IMG/VR virus record: IMGVR_UViG_3300033181_000072
Location: 4,279 to 68,278 of that record
DNA: 64,000 nucleotides
Strand: one strand, 5' to 3'
Source: a virus
Within the stretch, counting starts at the first letter, position 1, and every line of letters begins with the position of its first letter. A program made the position numbers and the translations under genes. Below are positions 36,919-46,122 of the stretch, piece after piece. Below the pieces are notes generated by a model. It was not told the DNA's origin. It was given only the letters and a program-made list of their open reading frames with translations, and did not search any database.

Positions 36919-37348
36919 CATCGTCAGTGCTCCTCGTTATGCTCTCCAGTAGCATGCATGGTGGCTTGTTCGGCTTGCCCGGATAGTGGGGCCACGGCCC
37001 CGCGTCGCAGTCGCAGTACTGCCACGGGCTGCGGTCCTGCGTGCCAGGCAATGGCGTGCTGTGACACACGCCATAGCGGATGTCGGAAGGTGGTATGCGA
37101 CGTGGCCCAGGTATGGCGGGCACGGATTCCCGATAGGCCGGGAATGGCCCGGATGATGGGTAACGCCGTGTGTGTCCTGGTTCGCGGTTTGGTCGGTAGC
37201 CCTCGATGCCTACAATGGCTGCCATTGTCTGTGGCGTCTCCCGGTAACGGGCGTAGACCAGCCCCGGTGGTGATGCTGGCGGGACGTAGGGACGTGACTG
37301 GGCAACGACCGGCGGTGTCATCAGCCAGCGCCAGATACGGCGCAGCAC
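36911..37348 (-). CDS. Hypothetical Pro-rich protein
   Basis: Fills the gap with overlapping start/stop; no motif. Confidence 0.3.
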   Translation of the reverse strand: MLRRIWRWLMTPPVVAQSRPYVPPASPPGLVYARYRETPQTMAAIVGIEGYRPNREPGHTRRYPSSGPFPAYRESVPAIPGPRRIPPSDIRYGVCHSTPLPGTQDRSPWQYCDCDAGPWPHYPGKPNKPPCMLLESITRSTDDDD

Positions 37349-37572
37349 TAGAGCGGGCGCTGTTGACGGATATCGCCCGTGCGCTGCTGGACGCGTGGAT
37401 CTGCTCGTTGTGGCTGCTGCACCACACGCTTCTCTGTTGGCGTTGAGCCTGGCTCGTGGACAACGGTGTCACATTGCGGACACGTTACCCGCTTCGCAGT
37501 GCTGCCCAGAAAAGCGTGCGCACACTCGGGGCAGCGGAAGGTCTGGTAGGTACGGCTAGAATTCTGTTCCAT
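37348..37572 (-). CDS. Small zinc-ribbon protein
   Basis: CPEC...CPQC. Confidence 0.5.
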   Translation of the reverse strand: MEQNSSRTYQTFRCPECAHAFLGSTAKRVTCPQCDTVVHEPGSTPTEKRVVQQPQRADPRVQQRTGDIRQQRPL

Positions 37573-37575
37573 GTT

Positions 37576-39066
37576 TTACGTCCTCTCGATGACACGCAAC
37601 GGTGTTCGATTGCTCCCCGGATCGGGGTTACTGGGTGGCGTCGGCGGGGGCGCCACCGGTACCTCACTACTGGGGCCGCTTGGCCAGGCGCGCGGCACGT
37701 CCTGGTCAGGCGCATGGCCCACCGTTGCCTGTGCCGCTTCGTCCTGACTGATCCAGCCTGCCGCATACTCGGCAAAGGTGTTGGCATTCTTGAGCTGCCG
37801 CGTCTGCTCATCACGGTAGAGTTCTGCTGCACGGAGTTCCGCAAAGCGGAATTGCACCGTGGCGACGATGCCCTGTGCTTGCAGCGCCAGAGAAAAGAGC
37901 CGTTCGAGCAGGTTCTCGCAGAGATGTTGGACGGACTTGATGGAGGCGGCGTAGACTTCCCACTGCCGATTTGCATTTGCTTCACTGGTCCCGCCATCGC
38001 CGCCTGCAAAAAGCAAGGGGGTGGATTTCAGCCCGCGCATGGTCATGCGTTCGAGGTTCTTCAGCAGACTATCGACGGCGCCGAGGCTTTGCGCGTCCAC
38101 CGTCCCCACCGGTTTGTTCACGCTCACGATGTCGGTATGCACGAACGCATCGTCCGGCTGGAGTTGCGCATAGGTTTGCTTGATCTCCGCCAGTGTGTCG
38201 TTCACCCACGTCTGCCATGCCTCGGGGTCTTGCTGCACATCGGCCGGTGCGCGGTCGTACATCTGCTGAAGATTGAGGATCAGGTCCAGACGGGGATAGC
38301 CCTGTTGGGACACCACTCTCCGGAGGTCATGGAGCAACCCGATCAGGAACACCGAGGAAAACAGCGCGGGCGCAGCCATGGCACGTCCGTAGGGTGAGCC
38401 TGGGAGCGGGTCGAGTGGAAGATAGCGGACCGTGGGCCGATCCAGCGGAAGAAATCCACCGCGTTGCCACTGCCCCAGTTGCCAGATGACGCCGCGCACG
38501 GGATCGGTCACGCGCTGGAAGCGGGCAGATGATGGGTCCGGTGTGGCCAGATCCACCGGGATGCGCCCGTCCCCATCCAACACCAGTTCTGCCATCAGCG
38601 CCCCACGGAGGAACGCGCCAATGAACAGCCGTCCCACGATGACGTCGAAGGACCCGTACAGATCGGCAAGCAGCGCAAAGAACGTATCCAGCCGCGCCTG
38701 TGCTTGCGGTGCAGGCTCCTCGGTGCCGGGAATGAAGGTGACGATTTCCCACCCAGGGTTCGCCATGCGAAGGAAATCCCATAATGCTCGGCTGATGTCG
38801 GGTGACAAATCGGCCAACAACTGCATGAGCTGCTGAGACGGCATGCGGTCGAGCGTCTGCGCGTCCAGGGTGAGGGTACGCCAGGCGCTCTCCGCCGACG
38901 GCGGCGGCTGTACGACCCGGAAAGCCCCAAAGAACGAATCTTCGGTATCCAGTGAGGTGCGGCCGCCAACGGAGGGACGAAGCGCGGTGGTGTCTGCCGC
39001 AGGACTGCTCTCCGTGGCACCATCGGAGCGTGGCGTGGTCGTGCGTATGACGATATTGTCTACCAT
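37576..39066 (-). CDS. Portal protein
   Basis: 496 aa immediately after terminase; PYGRAM...P motif. Confidence 0.8.
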   Translation of the reverse strand: MVDNIVIRTTTPRSDGATESSPAADTTALRPSVGGRTSLDTEDSFFGAFRVVQPPPSAESAWRTLTLDAQTLDRMPSQQLMQLLADLSPDISRALWDFLRMANPGWEIVTFIPGTEEPAPQAQARLDTFFALLADLYGSFDVIVGRLFIGAFLRGALMAELVLDGDGRIPVDLATPDPSSARFQRVTDPVRGVIWQLGQWQRGGFLPLDRPTVRYLPLDPLPGSPYGRAMAAPALFSSVFLIGLLHDLRRVVSQQGYPRLDLILNLQQMYDRAPADVQQDPEAWQTWVNDTLAEIKQTYAQLQPDDAFVHTDIVSVNKPVGTVDAQSLGAVDSLLKNLERMTMRGLKSTPLLFAGGDGGTSEANANRQWEVYAASIKSVQHLCENLLERLFSLALQAQGIVATVQFRFAELRAAELYRDEQTRQLKNANTFAEYAAGWISQDEAAQATVGHAPDQDVPRAWPSGPSSEVPVAPPPTPPSNPDPGSNRTPLRVIERT

Positions 39067-40604
39067 CCCTTCGCCGCCCCCATGGCAAGTACTGGCAGCA
39101 CGGGACGCCGTGGCGGCTCATCGAATGCCATCACCACAGCGTCCCCATCGTCCGTTGATCGACCAATACGCGGCTTGATGTCCTCTTTGCTCTCTACCTG
39201 GATCCTGCCACCACTCCGGACGGTCCAGTGCGGCGCGGTGAGATCCCCGGTCAAGGTATCGTCCGGCGGGAGCGCGATGTCCGTACCGCTGAGGGGATCG
39301 AGCAATTCACGGAGTCGCCACCACGCGTGGGACCGCCGGTTGATGAAGCCAAGCTCACCGGATCGGTCCGTTGCGTCGGTGCGCTCGCTCGAGTTGAAAG
39401 CATCAACGCGCTGGCGCCGCTCGCGGAGACGGTCAAAGACACCCGCGCCCATCCCGATGACATCAATCACCGCACGGCCGCCCTGGGCAGTGAGCACACC
39501 TTCGACACGACCACTCGTCGCCATCGTGTCTTCACGGGAGTAGCGGCGCAACTCGCCGATCACATTGCCAAAGCGCAGGGCGAGCACCGTCTTGTCCGTG
39601 CCGCTTCGGGCAACGTCAACACCGACTGCGGTCAGCGTGCCTGGGCGCCCCGACTCGTGCCAAATGCGCCACCGGTCGTTTGCTGCTTCGATCCAGGCCA
39701 GCGGGATGACGCCGTCTTCTTCACTCGACGCGAACTCACCGGCCACGCGATTCTGGTACACGGCGGTTGCCGTGCCCCACTGTCGCGCGCGCTGGTCCGC
39801 CCACTCCCGGCTAACGCGGCCCGCCTGGATCGTGTCTTCCAGCGTCACGCGCCGGGTGTGCCAGTCCTCATAGCCTGGCTTGTGGCTGTGAATGTCATAG
39901 AACCGGCCGTTCGGCTCTCCGGGCGTTGAGGTGGCCAGTGCCAATGCCTCGTTGCTCGTGTCGCCACCGGCGTTGGAGAAGGCACCTTCCGCGGCATCGA
40001 AGGTCGCAGCGGGGATCACCTTCGCTTCATCAAAGACATAGAGCAGGGCATCGGCGTGCGCCCCCTCGATCAACTCGGGGGTATCGCTCGCGACGGCAAA
40101 TGCTTCTCCACTCCGGAGCTTGAGACCCAGCATCAGCAGTTCAGACCGCGTGTCGAACGGTGGCCGTCCCAGCTTGTCCCAGCGCAGCCGATGGGACCAC
40201 TTGTGGATCTCTGGCCACAGGTACTTGCTCAGTTGGCGCCAGGCGCTCGCGGTCGTCGGCACTTTCCAATCGACACCGGCGGCATCACGGGTCAGGGCGA
40301 ACCAGAGCACCGTCCATGCATTGAGTGCGGTCTTGCCGAGCCCGTGCGGCCCACGGACGGCGACGCGCTTGGAGGCGATCAGGCTGGCAAGGATGTCATC
40401 TTGATAGGCTGTGGGCCCCTGGCCCTCGCGCCAGAGAAAGCAGTCATGCACAAAGGCAACGGGATCGTTGCGATAGCCCGCAAGCTCAGTCTTCGCCTTG
40501 TCCGGTGTCGAGCGCTTCGAGAAGCCGAAGGGCTTTGTCGGTAAGGACACCGTGGAGGACGGCAGACTCAGAGGCGGGCTGCTTTGCGAGCCACGTTTCG
40601 TCAC
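39060..40604 (-). CDS. terL: Terminase large subunit (start codon uncertain)
   Basis: Walker A GPHGLGKT, Walker B YVFDEA, STP coupling motif, nuclease GVDVARSGTD and DDGDA. Confidence 0.93.
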   Translation of the reverse strand: MTKRGSQSSPPLSLPSSTVSLPTKPFGFSKRSTPDKAKTELAGYRNDPVAFVHDCFLWREGQGPTAYQDDILASLIASKRVAVRGPHGLGKTALNAWTVLWFALTRDAAGVDWKVPTTASAWRQLSKYLWPEIHKWSHRLRWDKLGRPPFDTRSELLMLGLKLRSGEAFAVASDTPELIEGAHADALLYVFDEAKVIPAATFDAAEGAFSNAGGDTSNEALALATSTPGEPNGRFYDIHSHKPGYEDWHTRRVTLEDTIQAGRVSREWADQRARQWGTATAVYQNRVAGEFASSEEDGVIPLAWIEAANDRWRIWHESGRPGTLTAVGVDVARSGTDKTVLALRFGNVIGELRRYSREDTMATSGRVEGVLTAQGGRAVIDVIGMGAGVFDRLRERRQRVDAFNSSERTDATDRSGELGFINRRSHAWWRLRELLDPLSGTDIALPPDDTLTGDLTAPHWTVRSGGRIQVESKEDIKPRIGRSTDDGDAVVMAFDEPPRRPVLPVLAMGAAKGW

Positions 40605-40857
40605 GGAAGTGCCGCGCTTGAACTGAAAGCGTAGTGAGGACCTCTCGGAGATAATCGGCAATCAGGTCACCCAACTCAGCCTTTTTTAACTGATCGACGG
40701 GTGTCGAACCATCGAGACCGCCGGCCGCGCGCCACGCGCTGATCGTGCTTCTGCCAATGTGGTATTGACGAGCAACCGCTGATACCGACTGACCGGCGAG
40801 CAACGCGGCCATGACCTGTGCTTTGGTGTCATCACTGTGGGGCGTGCCGCGTGCCAT
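40486..40857 (-). CDS. terS: Terminase small subunit (N-terminal HTH)
   Basis: GQSVSAVARQYHIGRSTISAWR HTH, upstream of terL. Confidence 0.7.
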   Translation of the reverse strand: MARGTPHSDDTKAQVMAALLAGQSVSAVARQYHIGRSTISAWRAAGGLDGSTPVDQLKKAELGDLIADYLREVLTTLSVQARHFRDETWLAKQPASESAVLHGVLTDKALRLLEALDTGQGED

Positions 40858-40883
40858 CGTGGTGCCTATCTCGCCGTGGTCCG

Positions 40884-41144
40884 TTATGCCGAAGGCAGCA
40901 TCTCCGCTGCCGGTGGAACAGCCGCTGGGTCCGGTGGGGTCACCGGAAATTCCCTGATCACGGCATCGATCTGCGTCACCGCCTGCTCGAACTCGGCGAC
41001 TGCCGCGGTCTCTACCGCAACCTGTGATTGCGCGGTCTGGAGTGCCGCCTGTGCTGACTGGAGATTCGTCGCATGCGCCTGGCGCTTGCCATCGATATAG
41101 TCCCGCAGCCCGGTGAGTCGCTCTGCAATATCCTGATTTTCCAT
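40884..41144 (-). CDS. Small coiled-coil hypothetical protein
   Basis: GAAAGGA SD, start MENQDIA. Confidence 0.5.
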   Translation of the reverse strand: MENQDIAERLTGLRDYIDGKRQAHATNLQSAQAALQTAQSQVAVETAAVAEFEQAVTQIDAVIREFPVTPPDPAAVPPAAEMLPSA

Positions 41145-41286
41145 GGGGCCATCCTTTCCGGGAGATGATGTGTGTGTGCGAGGCCAGCCGTCGCGTTGCC
41201 GCTGTGGCGGGAGGTTGCACCGCAACGCGATCGTGGCCATGGGGAGTGTCGCGTGGTGACTGGGCATACCTCGCCCGTCTGATTTC

Positions 41287-41328
41287 ATCGTACCGCGCAA
41301 ACGGCGCCATCCGCGCCATCCGCGCCAC
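41287..41328 (-). promoter_or_regulatory. Candidate late promoter with three 9-bp direct repeats
   Basis: GCGCCATCC x2 + GCGCCAC (41304-41328) just upstream of - strand TACGAT (41287-41292). Confidence 0.45.
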
Positions 41329-41352
41329 AAAGTTGAAAAACTCGTTGCAGAC

Positions 41353-41958
41353 TCAGGCGGGAAGTTCGTCTGCCATACTTGATTCGGTCCAGCGATCCCC
41401 GTACGCAAGGCGTGCGACGGCTTCCAAGGCTTCGAAGACAGAGCGTTGCACCGTGCGCTGTGAGACGTTCCACCGGCGCGCCAAGTCCTCCGTGCTCATG
41501 CGTGGTTGGAGGATCAGGCAGAAGCGCAGGGCCTGTGTCTGCTGCCCGTGCATCCCGCTGTGTAGGAGAGCGTCGATATCCGCTTTCGGCACGACCATGA
41601 ACTGCTGCACGTCTTTATAGGTACCGCCGTCCTTGAGCTGGTCGGCGAGGTGGGGGGTCGGGTCGCTGTGTGTCCCCACGCCACGTCGCGTATCGGACAG
41701 TCCGGTGCTGCTCGAACCGATAGGGACGAAGACACGTTGCGTGCGATAGGCGAGGAGCGCGAGATCCATGCCGGGGTAGGTGTAGATCGTCTGGAAGTAC
41801 CTGCGAATCGCTCGCCGTACTTCCTCCTGCTGTAACGATGTGAGCGGTACCCCTGAGCGCCGTGCCGGCTGCGGCTCCGATAGTTCCCCCACCGTGCGCT
41901 CCCTCTGTGCGGTCGTTTGCAACGCGGGCATCGTTGGCAGTTCCTTCCGTATAAACAT
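41353..41958 (-). CDS. Late transcriptional regulator (sigma-70 region-4-like HTH)
   Basis: C-terminal TEDLARRWNVSQRTVQR HTH; last early gene before packaging genes. Confidence 0.65.
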   Translation of the reverse strand: MFIRKELPTMPALQTTAQRERTVGELSEPQPARRSGVPLTSLQQEEVRRAIRRYFQTIYTYPGMDLALLAYRTQRVFVPIGSSSTGLSDTRRGVGTHSDPTPHLADQLKDGGTYKDVQQFMVVPKADIDALLHSGMHGQQTQALRFCLILQPRMSTEDLARRWNVSQRTVQRSVFEALEAVARLAYGDRWTESSMADELPA

Positions 41959-42244
41959 AACGCATACCTGAAGATACAGTAACGATTATCCGCGTAACCG
42001 TTGCCACAGCACACCACAGAGGAAGCCGAACGCGAGTTGTGTCAGGCCGATGAGCACGAGTAGTGTGTCCGTGGTCACGGCTCCAACGCCTGTAGCGCCC
42101 GTGCGGCCTTCAGCGCAGCGAGTGCGGCGAGGCGGGTGTCGGGGTCGGTCATGGGTGCTCCTTCACGTTCAGCAACTGATTGACGGCCGTACGCGCTTGT
42201 TGCGCCTGAACCTTTCGCGCGTCCTCAATCCAGTCGATGACCTC

Positions 42245-42445
42245 CTATGCGTCGAACATGGCGATGATGGCGTTTGGCTGTGTGCCCACGATCTGTCCGT
42301 ACGGCCCTCCGCGTCTGCCGAATAGTCGTACACGGTCGCTCGTGCCCTGCCGCCTGCCACCCAGGACAAGGCAAACGTCGGCGGTTTTACTCTCCATGAG
42401 TTCCTGTTGTTGTTCGCACTTGGCTAGCAAATCGTTCGGACTCAA
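42245..42445 (-). CDS. Small hypothetical protein
   Basis: Coupled early-region ORF. Confidence 0.4.
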   Translation of the reverse strand: MSPNDLLAKCEQQQELMESKTADVCLVLGGRRQGTSDRVRLFGRRGGPYGQIVGTQPNAIIAMFDA

Positions 42446-42876
42446 CCTGCCACCTCCTCCCCCATCCCCAGCAGCCGGTACAGGTCGGCACGTTTTTGAT
42501 TCATCGCCCGCTCCAACTGCCCTGTTCGCTCAGCGTCTATGTCCGTGGTCAGTGCCACCCATTCGCTAAAATCCCATACAGCGCGTTCAAGCCGCTCCAC
42601 CGCTGACCGTATGTCCTTGTGCCGCTCCTCCACCCGCGTAAAGTCCGCTTTCGTTGCTAGGAGATAGGCGGGTGTTTCCGCCTGGTACGCCCGTTGCTCG
42701 CTCACGATGAACTCCCCTTCCTCTGTCCCTGGCACGAACCGCAGCAACTCCACCATTTCGTGTTGTTTCGGTGCGCGGCCAGTCCACAACGCCGCCTCAT
42801 CAGCCACCCATGTCAGCATCTCCCACGCGCCGGGGGCGGGTGTGAACGTCACAGTGTGATCGTTTTGCTCGCTCAC
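42442..42876 (-). CDS. Hypothetical protein (144 aa)
   Basis: GGAGG SD, 4-nt overlaps. Confidence 0.45.
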   Translation of the reverse strand: MSEQNDHTVTFTPAPGAWEMLTWVADEAALWTGRAPKQHEMVELLRFVPGTEEGEFIVSEQRAYQAETPAYLLATKADFTRVEERHKDIRSAVERLERAVWDFSEWVALTTDIDAERTGQLERAMNQKRADLYRLLGMGEEVAG

Positions 42877-43124
42877 TTCCGCCTCCTCATCACACGATCT
42901 TGTGCCACATCCAGCGCGTACTGCTTCTCAATCTCGGGAAAGCGCACCGCAGACCAGTCACTCAGCGCGGCGTGGTACGCAAGCTCTGCCACTTTCTCCG
43001 CTGCCCTTGCTGCTCGCGTTACGGCTTTCGCGTCGTTCAGTGCCCGGTGAGCAGCAGCCACGCGAAGCCCGGCCGCCGCCTCTGCGACGGTCTCGTAGTC
43101 GTCAGTGATGGGTTGCTCGCTCAT
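42873..43124 (-). CDS. Hypothetical protein (MSEQPIT...)
   Basis: AGGGAGG SD, 4-nt overlap. Confidence 0.45.
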   Translation of the reverse strand: MSEQPITDDYETVAEAAAGLRVAAAHRALNDAKAVTRAARAAEKVAELAYHAALSDWSAVRFPEIEKQYALDVAQDRVMRRRK

Positions 43125-43188
43125 GGTTGCCCTCCCTGTCCCCACGTGAAATGCAGCGGCAGACACAACAACAGTCGCTGTCGTGTGG

Positions 43189-43473
43189 TCATTCCACTCC
43201 CATCCGCTGACGCATACGTCGGATGATGTCGTAACATCTCGGGCTACAGCACCAGCCACCGCCAATTCTGATTTGATAGAACGTGGGACGGAACAGGCTC
43301 CCACAGTTGAAACAGGTACGTTTATCGGCAAATACCGTCCGTGAATCTCGCATTTCTGTCCCCTGTTCCGTGTGCGCCGCCGCCATGAATGCGTCGTGGT
43401 ACTGCTGGCTTTTCACGCCATGCGCCTCCCGCACGGCTGCCAGGGAGGGGTAGACGTCGCGGGGAGGGATCAT
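43189..43473 (-). CDS. Hypothetical protein with CxxC...CC zinc motif
   Basis: CFNC...CCSPRC. Confidence 0.45.
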   Translation of the reverse strand: MIPPRDVYPSLAAVREAHGVKSQQYHDAFMAAAHTEQGTEMRDSRTVFADKRTCFNCGSLFRPTFYQIRIGGGWCCSPRCYDIIRRMRQRMGVE

Positions 43474-43679
43474 GGGGTCACCAGCGCATCGATATAGTCA
43501 TCAAGTGCCTCCTGTGCCGGACGCATCGTGCTACGTGCCTGTTCAGCCGTCATAACGGCTCCCGTCGGCATATCGATAATCAGGCCGGACGGCGAGGCGC
43601 TAGCCATGGACGTGATTGCGTGTGCATAGGTTACTGCCATGATCAGTCTCTTGAGTCGCTCTGCCTGCTCTGCGGTCAT
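43470..43679 (-). CDS. Small hypothetical protein
   Basis: ATGA-coupled. Confidence 0.45.
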   Translation of the reverse strand: MTAEQAERLKRLIMAVTYAHAITSMASASPSGLIIDMPTGAVMTAEQARSTMRPAQEALDDYIDALVTP

Positions 43680-43921
43680 CCCGTCACCGCCTCCTCCACG
43701 TCGTACAGCGCGCGGATCATCGCCGCACCGAGCGCAGCCCAGGCTTCCTTGCTATCGCCCCAATCCCCGTCCAGTTTGCACGTCCGTGCCAGTTGACGGC
43801 GGGCTTGCTCGACGCGGAGTGCGCGTTCATCGTCCGCTCCGTACCCCTGTGCAGCGTCTACCCGTGCAAAAGCATAGACCACCGCCGCTGCGAACACGGC
43901 CACACCCTCATCGTGTGTCAT
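43676..43921 (-). CDS. Small hypothetical protein, paralog of 45294-45530
   Basis: Shared THDE.VAVF.AA.VYA...AR.QL...DWGDS.EA..AL...VEEAV pattern. Confidence 0.6.
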   Translation of the reverse strand: MTHDEGVAVFAAAVVYAFARVDAAQGYGADDERALRVEQARRQLARTCKLDGDWGDSKEAWAALGAAMIRALYDVEEAVTG

Positions 43922-43990
43922 GCTACCTCTCCTTTCGTTCCCTGCCCGTCCTGGGCATCCTGGCGCGATATTTGGCCACGCCTGTATACG

Positions 43991-44487
43991 TCACCTTGCC
44001 GCCCACATTGAAAGCTGTGCCCCGGTTGGTGCCAACGATTCCGGCATGCGGTCGGGTGTCAGTTGCAGCGCCACGAGTCCTCCCTGTGTCCTACCGACAC
44101 GCTGCCAATCCGCTTTCAGGTAGCAGCAGCCAGGGTTGCTACTCCGCACCTTGTCGGCGTCTACGAATGTCACCATGCCCAAAGCTGGCAGCTGCGGCCA
44201 CTGCCAACGTGTGACGGCCACCGCCTCGCGTATCAGGTCACTGGACAGCATCACGCTTTCGTTCCTGAAACAACTGCATACCCAAGCCCCCGCCGAGGCA
44301 TGCTTGACGTATTCAGCAAATGGCCACGAGGTCACCCAAAGCGCGTCGACGTTCTCGGTCAGCAACACGAGGCACCGGCCAGGAGGAACGAATTGCGGCG
44401 TGCCAGGCTTTTGGCGGTTGTAATGTCGGTCAGCTAGCCGGACTGTCGCGGGTCAGCGCGGTGTGATAGTCGCCACATACCCATCAT
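43991..44487 (-). pseudogene. Frameshifted Mom-like (GNAT-fold) DNA modification gene
   Basis: MWRLSHRADP in one frame continues as LADRHYNRQKPGTPQFVPPG...VTFVD...PGCCY in another; length 497 nt is one base short of a whole frame. Confidence 0.55.
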
Positions 44488-44873
44488 GCACCAGCCTCGC
44501 CATTGTCCAGCCACGCCTGAATACTGAGTTCCACACGCGCCTGTTTGCGCGTGCTCCGTGCGCTGCGGTACTCCACCTGGAGGTGCGTCGGGTCGTCGTC
44601 GGCAATGACGGTGCCCTTCAGCCCATCGATGTAGCTTTTGATGGCTCCGGCGCAGTTGTCGACGTCCACGCTCAGGCTGCCGTAGCGCGTGGCCGTCACG
44701 CGTGCCCGCTCCAGGTACGGCACCTGCGCCTCCAGGCACAGCAGCCGCACGAGATCGCGGCAGTCCTGCGCGTGTCGGTGGCGAGCTGCCCAGGGCATCC
44801 GGTGGAGCTCGCTGGTGGTGGGCGCGTTACCCGGGCAACGGATCAGCCACACGCGGTCGTTCATTACTACCAT
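44484..44873 (-). CDS. rusA: RusA-like Holliday junction resolvase
   Basis: DVDN...K...DGL...DDD catalytic pattern. Confidence 0.8.
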   Translation of the reverse strand: MVVMNDRVWLIRCPGNAPTTSELHRMPWAARHRHAQDCRDLVRLLCLEAQVPYLERARVTATRYGSLSVDVDNCAGAIKSYIDGLKGTVIADDDPTHLQVEYRSARSTRKQARVELSIQAWLDNGEAGA

Positions 44874-44964
44874 CGCTCCGGCGCATCGTACGTGCAGTGC
44901 TCCAGCCACAAGATGAGGCATGCGGCGATGACCAGGACAGCAGCGAGTACCAGCACGACCTGAA

Positions 44965-45297
44965 TCACGCGCATGCTGCTCGATAGCGTGCAAGCTGTTC
45001 CATCCAGAACGTGTGGCGGTCGGCAGTCCGTCCGATGTGCTCCTGTGCGTCCTCGTCTTCGTGACACCGTCCGGTCCCTGGTGCCTGCTGGATCGCCCGT
45101 TCCCACTCACCGAGCGAGACGTCGATCTGTGCCGTGATAATGTCCATGGTTTGCGTGACGTGGTCATCCACGAGTATCACTCCCTCCACTATCGTCATTA
45201 CCGTCGTACGTATCGCTCCCCCTCCCGCCGCACCATCGGCCCGTCCGTCAGTTCGCTCATGCCGTACATCTCCCGCAGCGAGATCAGCATCCGTCAC
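44965..45297 (-). CDS. Hypothetical protein (start uncertain)
   Basis: Co-oriented early ORF. Confidence 0.35.
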   Translation of the reverse strand: MTDADLAAGDVRHERTDGRADGAAGGGAIRTTVMTIVEGVILVDDHVTQTMDIITAQIDVSLGEWERAIQQAPGTGRCHEDEDAQEHIGRTADRHTFWMEQLARYRAACA

Positions 45298-45530
45298 TCC
45301 CTTACCGCCTCCTCCACGTGCACCTGTGCCACGGCTAACGCTCCCATCGCCTCGTCACTGTCGCCCCAGTCATCGGGCAAGCCCAGTGCGCGGGTCAGTT
45401 GTTGCCGCGCATGCCAAAGCTGTGCCGTCCATTCCTGTCCAGGATAAACAGCACGATGGCTGAAATTAACCCGCTCCAACGCATACACCTGTGCCGCCGA
45501 AAACACGGCCACGCGCTCGTCGTGTGTCAC
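45294..45530 (-). CDS. Small hypothetical protein, paralog of 43676-43921
   Basis: GTG start overlapping ASCH stop; paralog motif. Confidence 0.6.
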   Translation of the reverse strand: MTHDERVAVFSAAQVYALERVNFSHRAVYPGQEWTAQLWHARQQLTRALGLPDDWGDSDEAMGALAVAQVHVEEAVRE

Positions 45531-46003
45531 AGCAACCTCCCTTGCCCCGCGTTCACCGTCATCAGTGCCGCTTCCGGCTCCCACTCCCACAATCCTAAAC
45601 TGCCCCTTGCTGGTACAGGTTCGTCGAACCGTGTGGCGTTCCGCAACAACCACATCCAGCGGCCCGGTGAATAGTCCCCCAGCGCCAACTCTTGCTCAGA
45701 CAGTAAGCTCCCACCGAACAGTTGCGGGCGCCCGAGTCGCACCGTCGTCAGGTAGTCCACCAGCTCTACCGTGCCGAGCACCACGCCTCGTGGGAGGTCG
45801 TGTGGCATGGCGATTCCGATGCTGGCGAGCAACGTGCGGTGTGGCTCCTCGTAGCACAACTCCACAGCCGCCGCAGGCATACCCTTGCTGGCGTGAATGG
45901 CCAGCAGACCGGTGTAGCGGTGTCGCCAGCTGCGCGTCTCAATCTGCTTCATGCCATGGACGACGTACGACGCCCAGGGCTGGGAAAGCGACAATGCCCT
46001 CAT
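45527..46003 (-). CDS. ASCH domain protein
   Basis: MRALSLSQPWAS...GMKQIETRSW, GVVLGTVEL and PVPARGSLGLW. Confidence 0.9.
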   Translation of the reverse strand: MRALSLSQPWASYVVHGMKQIETRSWRHRYTGLLAIHASKGMPAAAVELCYEEPHRTLLASIGIAMPHDLPRGVVLGTVELVDYLTTVRLGRPQLFGGSLLSEQELALGDYSPGRWMWLLRNATRFDEPVPARGSLGLWEWEPEAALMTVNAGQGRLL

Positions 46004-46122
46004 GGCTGCACTGCTTTGTTGGCCAAGGCAAGCAGGATGTCACCATGGCAGTCCTCGTCTGGCCGTCGTTTGGCGGTCTGCAAGCTGGTGTAGCCCTTGC
46101 ACCAACATGCCCAAGGTTTCAT
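46000..46122 (-). pseudogene. Orphaned original C-terminus of the DUF4326 gene (40-aa mini-ORF)
   Basis: MKPWACWCKGYTSLQTAKRRPDEDCHGDILLALAN duplicates CWCKGYTS...CHGDVL of 46772-47107. Confidence 0.75.

Noticed and set aside
39060-40604. Intein in terminase (or portal/capsid)
   Set aside because: Lengths are ordinary and no C/S...HN splice motifs or LAGLIDADG blocks are visible
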